Assembly: GCA_045805345.1 (NCBI GenBank)
Contig: JBJMLK010000141.1
Location: forward strand, 1 to 58,684
DNA from: Thermoleophilaceae bacterium
GTDB taxonomy: Bacteria; Actinomycetota; Thermoleophilia; Solirubrobacterales; Thermoleophilaceae
Length of the DNA: 58,684 nt
Direction: 5' to 3'
Shown: positions 18,024 to 26,248 of the stretch, one piece after another
Numbering within the stretch: position 1 is the first letter of the stretch
Layout: every line of letters begins with the position of its first letter
Notes under the pieces: generated by a model
What the model saw: the letters and a program-made list of their open reading frames with translations, nothing else
Databases searched by the model: none
What the model was told of the DNA's origin: nothing
Position numbers and translations under genes: made by a program

Positions 18024-18971
18024 TCAGCTGGACGATCGAGCCCTGGCCCCGGCGCCGCCGGCGCCCACCGCGGCGCGCGCGAAGGCCGCCCCGCCGCGCT
18101 CCTTCTGGCGCTGGCGCTCGGGCGAGATCTCCACGACGTTCCACACGAGCCCCAGCCGCCGCATCGCCCGGATCAGCCAGCCCCCCGGGTCGACCTCCCA
18201 CCAGCGCAGGCCGTGGTGCGCCGAGCGCGGGAAGGCGTGGTGGTTGTTGTGCCAGGCCTCCCCGAACGAGAGCGGCGCGAGCCAGAAGACGTTGGTCGAG
18301 CGATCCTCGGTCTCGAACCGCCGCTGCCCGAAGAAGTGGCAGATCGAGTTGATCGAGAACGTGACGTGGTGGCCGAGGAAAACGCGCACCAGCCCACCCC
18401 ACAGGAGCGCCGTGAGCGCCCCCGCCAGCGTGCCGGAGATCGCGAACCCGATCGCGGCCGGGATCGCGAGGCTCACGAGGACCAGCGCCGGGAACGCCCT
18501 GTCGATCAGGACCATGCCGCGGTCCTCCACCAGCTCGGGCGCGTAGCGGCGCCCGTCGGCCTGATGGCCGCGCGTGAAGAGCCAGCCCACGTGCGCATGC
18601 CAGAGGCCCTTGACGCTCGCCCAGAACCCGTCGCCGTAGCCGTACGGGCTGTGCGGGTCGCCGTGGTCGTCGGCGTGCGCGTGGTGCATCCGGTGGTCGG
18701 CCACCCAGTCGATCACCGACCCCTGCACCGAGAAGGTCCCGGCCACCGCGAACGCGTAGCGCACCACGCGCGAGGTGTGGAAGGCGCCGTGGGTGAGCAG
18801 CCGGTGCCAGCCCACGGTCACGCCCGCCATCGAGATCGCGTAGCCGACGGCGAGGATCGCGATCTCGGTCACGCCGACCGCGCTGCCCCAGAGCAGGACG
18901 ATCGCGACGAGGAAGGCCGCGATGGGGACGAAGACGCCGAGGAGGTTGCCGATGCGCTGCGTCAGCGGCAC
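18024..18971 (-). CDS. Membrane acyl-CoA (fatty acid) desaturase
   Basis: Three His boxes (HRLLTH, HRMHH, HNNHH) plus N-terminal transmembrane helices. GTG start. Confidence 0.9.
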   Translation of the reverse strand: MPLTQRIGNLLGVFVPIAAFLVAIVLLWGSAVGVTEIAILAVGYAISMAGVTVGWHRLLTHGAFHTSRVVRYAFAVAGTFSVQGSVIDWVADHRMHHAHADDHGDPHSPYGYGDGFWASVKGLWHAHVGWLFTRGHQADGRRYAPELVEDRGMVLIDRAFPALVLVSLAIPAAIGFAISGTLAGALTALLWGGLVRVFLGHHVTFSINSICHFFGQRRFETEDRSTNVFWLAPLSFGEAWHNNHHAFPRSAHHGLRWWEVDPGGWLIRAMRRLGLVWNVVEISPERQRQKERGGAAFARAAVGAGGAGARARSSS

Positions 18972-19051
18972 GGCCGCGAGTATGGCAGCGCGGGCGGCGA
19001 AGGGGAACGGGCACCGTTCAGTGCCGTTCGCGTCGTGCCGATAGGACCTCC

Positions 19052-19948
19052 ATGGCCATCTTCAACCGCCGTCGCGCTGGCGGCAGGCGCCGGGACGACG
19101 ACGGAGTCGAGTCACTCGAGTTCGAGCTCGAGAGCGTGGAGTTCGTGCAGGCAAGCGACGAGCTCGGGCTGCTGCGCGTGACCGGCCGCTGGATCGCCCC
19201 GTTCGACGTCGCGCTCGGCGACATCGTGCTCAACGCCGCGCGCGGCACCGAGACGCTCGAGCTGCAGCGCCTGCCCGACCTGGGCGGCGTCGCGCCGCTC
19301 GCCTCGCCCGCCGGCGAGGAGTGGCGGGGCGCGTTCACCGTCCCTGTCGACGTCGCGCTCGACCCGCGGCTCGAGCTGGTCCTCGTGACCGGCGAGGACG
19401 CGGCCATCGCGCTGCCCCGACCCGGCGAGACGCTGCCCGCGGATCCGGAGCCCGATCCCGAGCCCGAGTCTCCGATCGTGGCCGACCTGGTGGCGCAGCT
19501 CGACCAGGTCGCGCAGCTCGAGGACGAGCTCGCGGAGACCGCTCTCGAGCTGGAGCCCCTCGAGCTGGAGCCCCTCGCGCCCTCACCCGAGCTCGCCCGG
19601 GAGCTGGAGCACGTTCGCTCTGAGCTGGAGCTGCGCGGCGAGGAGCTCGAGCAGGTGCGCGCCGAGCTGGCCGCGGAGACGAGCCGCCGCGAGGCGCTCG
19701 AGCAGGAGCTGCGCGACCGCGACTCCGTTGAGGACGACCTGCGCAACGCGATGGCGATGCAGGAGGCGCAGCTCGCGTCGGCCGTGGCCGAGGCGTCGCA
19801 GCGCGTCCGTCAGGAGCAGCGGCGGCGCGATGTCGCGCCGGTGTCCGGCGAGCCCTCGGGCGGCGTCGCCACGCACCCGGCCGACGAGGAGTTCCTCACG
19901 CGCCTCGAGCGCGCGCGCCGCGCGGCCGAGATCGCTGCCTCGACCTGA
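19052..19948 (+). CDS. Acidic coiled-coil hypothetical protein
   Basis: 298 aa and Glu/Leu/Ala/Arg-rich. It contains heptad-like stretches (ELARELEHVRSELELRGEELEQVRAELAAE) and a short tandem ELEPLELEPL. I recognised no family. Confidence 0.6.
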   Translation: MAIFNRRRAGGRRRDDDGVESLEFELESVEFVQASDELGLLRVTGRWIAPFDVALGDIVLNAARGTETLELQRLPDLGGVAPLASPAGEEWRGAFTVPVDVALDPRLELVLVTGEDAAIALPRPGETLPADPEPDPEPESPIVADLVAQLDQVAQLEDELAETALELEPLELEPLAPSPELARELEHVRSELELRGEELEQVRAELAAETSRREALEQELRDRDSVEDDLRNAMAMQEAQLASAVAEASQRVRQEQRRRDVAPVSGEPSGGVATHPADEEFLTRLERARRAAEIAAST

Positions 19949-19954
19949 CGACCG

Positions 19955-19972
19955 GCGCCCCGCGCGGGGCGC
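19955..19972. terminator. GC hairpin GCGCCCC-GCGC-GGGGCGC between convergent genes
   Basis: A 7-bp perfect stem in the 34-nt gap between the stops at 19948 (+) and 19983 (-). Confidence 0.4.
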
Positions 19973-19982
19973 GAGCGCTCGC

Positions 19983-21968
19983 CTACTTGTAGGTCAGGTG
20001 GAACCGCTTGGGCTGCTCGCGGTTCCCGGACGTGTCGATCCCGTGCGCGCGAACCAGGTACTCGCCCTTCGGCAGCGTCGGCGGGAAGGTGTAGGTGATG
20101 TGCCAGCGGGTCTTGCCGTAGTGCGCGTGGACGGTGACCGGCCTGTCGCAGCTGCGGTACTTGGTGAGCCTGCCGCGCCGTAGGAAGCGGCAGTTCTTGC
20201 CGGTCCCGTTACCGCGGATCTTGGCGATGTCGATGTCCACGTGCTTGATGTGGCCGTTGCCGGGGATCAGGTTCGCGCTCTTGCAGCCCTTGTCGTGGGC
20301 GCGCCCGCGGACCTTCAGCCTGCGGTCCTTCAGCGTGACCGCGTTCTTGGCCAGGAAGTGCGAGACCGGCGCCTTGCGGTCCGGGCAGCCGCCGGCGAAC
20401 AGAGGCTTGCGCTGGCCCTTGCCGCACAGCGACGGTCCGCCGGTCTGCTTCGAGACCCAGGTGCCGGGGTCGTTGCCCTTGATGCGCTTGGGGTTGTCGG
20501 AGGTGTCGTCGGGGTTGTCGTAGGTGTCCACCGCCGGCCAGACCGAGACGGCGCGGCAGCCGTGGGTGGCCGCGAGCCCCCACACGTCCGGAGAGCGGCC
20601 GCAGGCCAGGCCGTTGATGATCCCCGAGACCGGGTTGCCCTCGGTGCAGGCGCCCATCAGCTGGCTCGCCGTGCCGGTGTCGGTCGGAACGCTGTCGATG
20701 CGCTTCTCCTTGACCTTCGGCTTCTTCGACAGGCCGTTCGTGGTCATCGACGCGTACATGTGCCAGACCGGCTTCTTGTTCCCGCGCGCCTGCCCGCGCC
20801 AGTACTCGGTGATCAGCCGGCCGGGATCGCCGGCCTGCATGTGCACGAGCACGTTGCCGGGCGCCGACTTGCTGGCGGGCACCAGCGTCTTGTCCGCCGA
20901 CCACTTGAGGTTGCCGTTCGCCGCCGGCTTGGCCCACTTGTACTTCACGCCGCCGCCCGCGTAGTTGGGGTACTTGCGACCGAGGGGGCCCTCGGGGTAG
21001 GCGACGTAGACGTTGCCGGCGCGGTCGAGTCCGCCCGAGGCGACCTGCATCGACACGATCTGACCTGTCTTGGCGTCGTCCACGGCCAGCGAGTTGGTCC
21101 ACGTCTGCCCGCCGTCGGTGGACTGCGCGACCCAGACGCGCGTGGCCGCGACGATGTTGAACTCGAACGGCTGGCCGGTCGCGATCGTTCCGCAGCCACC
21201 GACGTCGCCACCGGGGGTGGGCGACGCGCGCGTGGTGAACTCGGCGTACACGGTGCCGTTGTGCTGGTTGACCCAGATCGCGCTGGGACCGCCGGAGTCG
21301 GCGCACTGGAGGTCGGTGTAGGCATCGGAGCCGGGCAGCGTGGTCGGCACCGGCGCGCCGAAGCTCTCGCCGCCGTCCGTGGACTTCGCGACGAACATGT
21401 TGTGCTGCCCCTGGCCGGAGGCGAGGTTGTGGAAGAGCAGGTAGACGACCGGCTTCTTCGAGCCCTTCAGCGGCGGGCCGTAGGCGAACCACTGGCGGTC
21501 CTGGTCGGCGGCCTGCGTGCTGCCGGTGGTGCGCGTCCACGTCTTGCCGCGATTGTCCGACCACGAGGTGGGGAAGTTGATGCCGGCGTCGTCGAGCTCG
21601 CTCGCCAGCAGCCGGCCCGTCGGCATCGCGACGATGTCGACGTCGGGCGTGGCTTCGGTCTGCCCCGCCGGGAGGCCCTTCGTCGCCTTGAAGTGGAGAC
21701 CGTCCTTGGAGCCGAGCACGACCGCGGCGCCGTCCTTGTTGTGGCGGTTGGTGACGACCCAGCTCCAGCCGTCCGGCCCGACGGCGTTGCGCGGCTCGGC
21801 CCACGGGAGGTTGCCGGCGCCGGGGATCCCCTGCACCTTCGTGCTCTTGAACTTGAGCTTGGACGCGGCGGCCGCGCCCCCCGCCACCAGGCACAGAGCC
21901 GCCAAGACGGCGAGTACCCCTGCTGCAACCCGCTTTACCACCAAGCGGAAGACTATCCAGACGCGCAT
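19983..21968 (-). CDS. Secreted BNR/Asp-box repeat (sialidase-like) protein with C-terminal Ig-like module
   Basis: An internal ATG at 21968 gives MRVWIVFRLVVKRVAAGVLAVLAALCLVAGGAAAA. Asp-boxes SDNRGKTW, STDGGESF and STDGGQTW. The upstream part of ORF 19983..24707 is off-frame relative to the S8 gene. Confidence 0.8.
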   Translation of the reverse strand: MRVWIVFRLVVKRVAAGVLAVLAALCLVAGGAAAASKLKFKSTKVQGIPGAGNLPWAEPRNAVGPDGWSWVVTNRHNKDGAAVVLGSKDGLHFKATKGLPAGQTEATPDVDIVAMPTGRLLASELDDAGINFPTSWSDNRGKTWTRTTGSTQAADQDRQWFAYGPPLKGSKKPVVYLLFHNLASGQGQHNMFVAKSTDGGESFGAPVPTTLPGSDAYTDLQCADSGGPSAIWVNQHNGTVYAEFTTRASPTPGGDVGGCGTIATGQPFEFNIVAATRVWVAQSTDGGQTWTNSLAVDDAKTGQIVSMQVASGGLDRAGNVYVAYPEGPLGRKYPNYAGGGVKYKWAKPAANGNLKWSADKTLVPASKSAPGNVLVHMQAGDPGRLITEYWRGQARGNKKPVWHMYASMTTNGLSKKPKVKEKRIDSVPTDTGTASQLMGACTEGNPVSGIINGLACGRSPDVWGLAATHGCRAVSVWPAVDTYDNPDDTSDNPKRIKGNDPGTWVSKQTGGPSLCGKGQRKPLFAGGCPDRKAPVSHFLAKNAVTLKDRRLKVRGRAHDKGCKSANLIPGNGHIKHVDIDIAKIRGNGTGKNCRFLRRGRLTKYRSCDRPVTVHAHYGKTRWHITYTFPPTLPKGEYLVRAHGIDTSGNREQPKRFHLTYK

Positions 21969-21985
21969 GCGGGGAACCGGGCCGG

Positions 21986-24868
21986 TCAGCGAACGAACCT
22001 GCCGGTGTTGCGCGGATCGTGGCGGAACGACGGCCACGCGCCCCGTCCGCCCGCGCGCGCGGGCGTGTTCCAGACGTAGAGGAAGCCGTCGCGCGTGACC
22101 GCCACGACCTCGGCGCGGCCGTCGCCGTCCACGTCGCCCACGGCGGGGGAGGCGAGCAGCCAGCCGCCGGTGTCCTTGGGCCAGCCGCGCGGCTCGCTGC
22201 CGTCCTCGCGGAAGGCGTGGAGCACGTTGCCGGACGAGCCTGCGAGCACCTCCGCCCGGGAGTCGCCGGCCACGTTCGCCACCGCCGGCGCACTGGGGAT
22301 CTGCCAGCCCTCCATCACGCGCGGGAAGGCGGGCAGCCAGTCGCCGCTCGCCGCGTCCCAGCCGCCGAGCAGGTGGTCGAACGGGATCTTCGTCGCGGGC
22401 GAGAGCTGCGCGGGCGCGAGGCGCGAATCGACCACACCGCCGAACCAGCGCAGCGGCCCGCCGGGCGAGGTGCGCGCGAACGCCGAGTTGGCACCGAGCG
22501 CCAGGACGCCCGGGGTCCCGGAGTCCGACCCGGGCCCCGTGCCCTCGTAGGCGAAGTGGCTCGCGCCGCCGGCGCCGCCGAGCCGCGATCCGTCGCCGTC
22601 GTACAGCTCGGGCTCGCCCGTGAAGGCCGACACCGCCACCTCGTCGTCGCCGTCGCCGTCCACGTCGGCCAGGGACGGCGAGTCCGGCACGCCCTGCCCG
22701 GCCAGCGGGATGCCGTTCACCACGATCCCAGGGATCGCCACGGGCCAGCCCGGCAGGCGCCTGCCGTTCGCCGCGAACGCGTAAGCGCGGCCGCTCTGGT
22801 TCGGCGTCGAGCCGTAGGTCTCCGCCGTGCCCTCGACCACGTCCGGGCGGTGGTCGCCGTTCAGGTCGCCGATCGCGGGCGACGAGAGGATCTTCTCGGG
22901 GTCGCCGCCGGACGCTCCGTCGCGCGCGAGCACCGGCCAGCCCGGCAGGGGACGACCGTGGCCGTCGAGCGCGTAGACGCGCTGGTCGGCCGCGCCGAAC
23001 ACGATGTCGAGGTGGCCGTCGCGGTTGAGGTCGGCGAGCGCGGGGGTGGAGTAGATCGCGGCGTCGAGGCGCCCGTCGGCCGCCGGCCTGTGGAGGCGGA
23101 TGTGGAACGGGAACCCCTTGAGCAGGCGACCGCGCGCCGTCCACGCGTAGACGCGCCCGTCGAGGCTCGCCGCCACCACCTCGGGCCGCTTCCCGCCGCG
23201 GATGTTGCCGACGGCCGCGCTGGCCAGGAACCCGGCGCGAACCGTGCCGATGCGGCGCGCCGCGGCGGCCGAGCCGGGCGCCGGGCGAGCGCGCCGCGGC
23301 CAACCGTGCAGCTCGCGGCCACCGCGGCCCGAGTACGCGTGCACCCGCCCGTCGGCAGTTCCGAGCACGATCTCGGCGGCGCCGTCGCCGTTCAGGTCCG
23401 CCAGGGTGGGGGAGGCCTCGCCGGAGGTCCCGAGCGCCTTCGGGAAGCCGCGCTTGAGCGAGCCGTCGCGGATCGCGTGGAACACAGTGCGGTCCTCGCC
23501 GGCGTTGCCGTGGGCGTCGGTCGCCCGCAGCCGCAGCGTCCAGTCGCCCGGCGCGAGCCGGCGCGCATCGAGGCTCGCGATCATCCGCGCCGCGCCGGCG
23601 CGTCCGGTCCCGGTCGCCAGCCGCCTCCACCTGCGCGGGTCGTCGCCGCGGCCGAGCCAGAGCCTCCAGGTGGTGGCCGAGCGGCCGTGCACCAGCGCGC
23701 GCACGGCGAAGCGCCTGCGCTCCGGCCGGTACCAGCCGGGGCTCGTGATGTTCGCGACCGGCGGGATGCGGCCCGGCGCCACGCGTCTGACTGCCGCGGC
23801 GGCGTCCACGCGCCCCCACCCGGAGAACTGGTCCCACCCGGGCCTGAATCCCTGGTCGGAGTCGGTGAGGTCGTCGGCCGTCATCCGCAGGATCTGCATC
23901 GTCTCGTCGGCCGACAGGTGGATGCCGAGCGCGCGCGCCCGCGCGAGGACGAGTCCGGCGGTGGCGGCCACGTGCGGCGTCGCCGCCGAGGTGCCGTCCC
24001 AGTTCAGCCGGTAGCCGCCGCCCCACTCGGTGGTCGGCACCTGCGTGGGCGCGACCAGGTCGATGTGCGGGCCGTAGTCGGAGTACGACGCGCGGACGGT
24101 GAAGCGCGACGCGGTCACCGCCAGGCGCGGGTCCTTGGACGCGAGGTTCGCCGTGTCCGGGTTGATCCCGCCGACCGCGAGCACGTCGTCCATGACCTGT
24201 GGGTAGTGGTGGTGGAAGTGGAACTCGTTGCCGATGGCGACGGCCATCACCACGCCCCGGCGGTGCGCGTAGCGGACCGACCGCCGCAGGGCCGAGCCGA
24301 ACGAGTCGGTGCCGAGGCTCATGCTGATCGCGCGCGCGCCGTGGTCGGCCGCGTAGACGATGCCCTCGCCCACGCGCACGCCCTGGTGGAGGATGTTGTC
24401 CGACGTGCGGATCGGCAGGAGCCGCGCCCGCGGCGCGATCCCGGCCACGCCGATCCCGTTGTCGGCGCGAGCGCCGAGCACGCCGGCGACGTTCGTGCCG
24501 TGCGGGTTGTGGGTGTCGGAGGTGGGATTCGAGTCGAGCGAGTACACGTCCCGGCCGGGGGCGAAGCGGCCGGCCAGGTCGGGATGCCCGAGCTGGACCC
24601 CCACGTCGAGATCGGCGATCGTGATCCCGGCGCCGGTGGTCAGCCGCCACGCTCCCGGCACCGAGATGCCGCGGTCGAAGCCGCCCCCGGGGCCCGCCAG
24701 GTCCCACTGCTCGGCAGTGGAGTTCGGCAGCGGGCTCGAGTCGAACAGGGGGTCGTTCGGCTCAGTCTGGGGAAAGCCCGCGCCCGCTGCGGGCGCGGTC
24801 GCGAGCGCGAACACGACAGCTATCGCCGCGAGTGATCGCCAACCGTCTCGGAAATGCTTTCCACTCAA
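21986..24868 (-). CDS. Secreted S8 (subtilisin-family) serine peptidase fused to an FG-GAP/VCBS repeat propeller
   Basis: Catalytic triad contexts ADLDVGV (Asp), HGTNVAG (His) and GTSAATPHVA (Ser). The C-terminal half contains repeated ADLNGDG, ADLNRDG, GDLNGDH, ADVDGDGDDE and GDVDGDG motifs. TTG start with a signal peptide. Confidence 0.9.
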   Translation of the reverse strand: MSGKHFRDGWRSLAAIAVVFALATAPAAGAGFPQTEPNDPLFDSSPLPNSTAEQWDLAGPGGGFDRGISVPGAWRLTTGAGITIADLDVGVQLGHPDLAGRFAPGRDVYSLDSNPTSDTHNPHGTNVAGVLGARADNGIGVAGIAPRARLLPIRTSDNILHQGVRVGEGIVYAADHGARAISMSLGTDSFGSALRRSVRYAHRRGVVMAVAIGNEFHFHHHYPQVMDDVLAVGGINPDTANLASKDPRLAVTASRFTVRASYSDYGPHIDLVAPTQVPTTEWGGGYRLNWDGTSAATPHVAATAGLVLARARALGIHLSADETMQILRMTADDLTDSDQGFRPGWDQFSGWGRVDAAAAVRRVAPGRIPPVANITSPGWYRPERRRFAVRALVHGRSATTWRLWLGRGDDPRRWRRLATGTGRAGAARMIASLDARRLAPGDWTLRLRATDAHGNAGEDRTVFHAIRDGSLKRGFPKALGTSGEASPTLADLNGDGAAEIVLGTADGRVHAYSGRGGRELHGWPRRARPAPGSAAAARRIGTVRAGFLASAAVGNIRGGKRPEVVAASLDGRVYAWTARGRLLKGFPFHIRLHRPAADGRLDAAIYSTPALADLNRDGHLDIVFGAADQRVYALDGHGRPLPGWPVLARDGASGGDPEKILSSPAIGDLNGDHRPDVVEGTAETYGSTPNQSGRAYAFAANGRRLPGWPVAIPGIVVNGIPLAGQGVPDSPSLADVDGDGDDEVAVSAFTGEPELYDGDGSRLGGAGGASHFAYEGTGPGSDSGTPGVLALGANSAFARTSPGGPLRWFGGVVDSRLAPAQLSPATKIPFDHLLGGWDAASGDWLPAFPRVMEGWQIPSAPAVANVAGDSRAEVLAGSSGNVLHAFREDGSEPRGWPKDTGGWLLASPAVGDVDGDGRAEVVAVTRDGFLYVWNTPARAGGRGAWPSFRHDPRNTGRFVR

Positions 24869-24937
24869 TATGCTTTTCGCAGGACTCGTCGCCGCGTGGG
24901 CACCGCGGCCGACCGTCCATAGACGCCAGGAGACTAG

Positions 24938-26134
24938 GTGACCCCAGCCAACGCAAGTGCCGCTCGACGCTTCGCCCCGGCAGGCTCCACACCTGAGGCC
25001 GAGCCCTGCCCGGACGACGGCGGCCGGCTCGTGGACGAGATAGTCGCGGCGATTCGCGAAGAGCTTCCGTCGTTCTTGGAGCTGGAGCTGGCCGAGGTCC
25101 GCCGGATGACGGCGTCCGACATCAGGCGCGGCCAGGCGGCGATGGCCGAGCGCCGCCTGCCGACGCCGGAGGAGCTCGAGGCCTCGGAGGCGGTGACGGC
25201 GACGCTCGCGCGCGCCGGCATCCCGCTGGCCGCGATCAACGAGTCGCGCCGGATCGCCGTCCGCAGGATCTTCGACGCCTGGCGCGAGCGAGCGCGAGAG
25301 GGCGGCACCGAGCCCGCGGACCAGGTCGAGTACCTCTACACGCTCTGGGACTGGACCGACGCGATCACGGCGCGCGCGGCCACCGCGTACCGGCTGGTCG
25401 AGGCGGAGGTCGCCGGGCGCGACGAGGACCAGCGGGCGTGGTACCTGCGCGGCCTGCTGGACGGGTCGCTCTCGCCACTCGAGGCCCAGAGCCGAGCGGC
25501 GGCGTACGGGCTCCTACCCGGCGGGCGCTACATCGCGCTGCGCGCCCGGCCGGGCGCGGACGTCGACGTCCGCCAGCTGCAGCGTGCGATCGAGACGTCC
25601 GGCGCGACCGACGACGGCGGCGTGCTGGCCGCGCCGGTGGACGGCCACCTGTGGGGCCTCGTGTCGAGGCCGCCGTCGATTGCCGACGGGCAGGGCGTGG
25701 TGGGACTGGGCACCCCGGGCGAGCTGAGCGCCGCCGCGGCCTCGTTCGTGCTCGCCGGCCGAGCGCTCGAGACCGCCACGGCGTTCGGGCGCACCGGCGT
25801 GGTCAGCATCGACGACCTCTCGCTGCGCCCGGTGATCCTCTCGGAGGACCACCTGGGCGAGCAGCTGATCCGCCGCTACCTCGGGCCGCTCCGCGAGCTG
25901 GGCGAGTTCGGAGCCACGCTCGAGCTGACGATCCAGGAGTACCTGGCGAGCGGCATGCGCATCGACGACTGCGCCAAGGCCCTGATCATCCACCCGAACA
26001 CGCTGCGCCACCGCATCGACCGCTTCCAGCAGCTCACCGGCGCCGACCTCCGCCGCACCGAGGACGTGATCGAGGTGTGGTGGGCGCTCGAGCGGCGCCG
26101 GGTCTCCGCCGGCCGCGCGGTCGCGCGACCGTAA
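24938..26134 (+). CDS. PucR/CdaR-family transcriptional regulator
   Basis: C-terminal HTH block TIQEYLASGMRIDDCAKALIIHPNTLRHRIDRFQQLTG. GTG start preceded by AGGAGA. Divergent from the S8 peptidase gene. Confidence 0.85.
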   Translation: MTPANASAARRFAPAGSTPEAEPCPDDGGRLVDEIVAAIREELPSFLELELAEVRRMTASDIRRGQAAMAERRLPTPEELEASEAVTATLARAGIPLAAINESRRIAVRRIFDAWRERAREGGTEPADQVEYLYTLWDWTDAITARAATAYRLVEAEVAGRDEDQRAWYLRGLLDGSLSPLEAQSRAAAYGLLPGGRYIALRARPGADVDVRQLQRAIETSGATDDGGVLAAPVDGHLWGLVSRPPSIADGQGVVGLGTPGELSAAAASFVLAGRALETATAFGRTGVVSIDDLSLRPVILSEDHLGEQLIRRYLGPLRELGEFGATLELTIQEYLASGMRIDDCAKALIIHPNTLRHRIDRFQQLTGADLRRTEDVIEVWWALERRRVSAGRAVARP

Positions 26135-26242
26135 AACAGCGGCAATAGAGGGGTGCCCGGCGTTGACTCGTCACTTATCCGGCCTATAGCGCGGTTAAGT
26201 GACGAGCGAACGTCCGAGCCCACCCTCAAAAGCCGCAGTTTG
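26134..26242. repeat. Intergenic box-plus-hairpin element, copy B (inverted-box arrangement between convergent genes)
   Basis: Minus-strand box CAAACTGCGGCTTTTGAGGGTGGG (26242..26219). A degenerate plus-strand box AAACAGCGGCAATAGAGGGGTGC begins at 26134. An inner 11-bp perfect hairpin CTCGTCACTTA..TAAGTGACGAG (26167..26206) encloses CTATAG. Confidence 0.55.
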
Positions 26243-26248
26243 CGAGGC

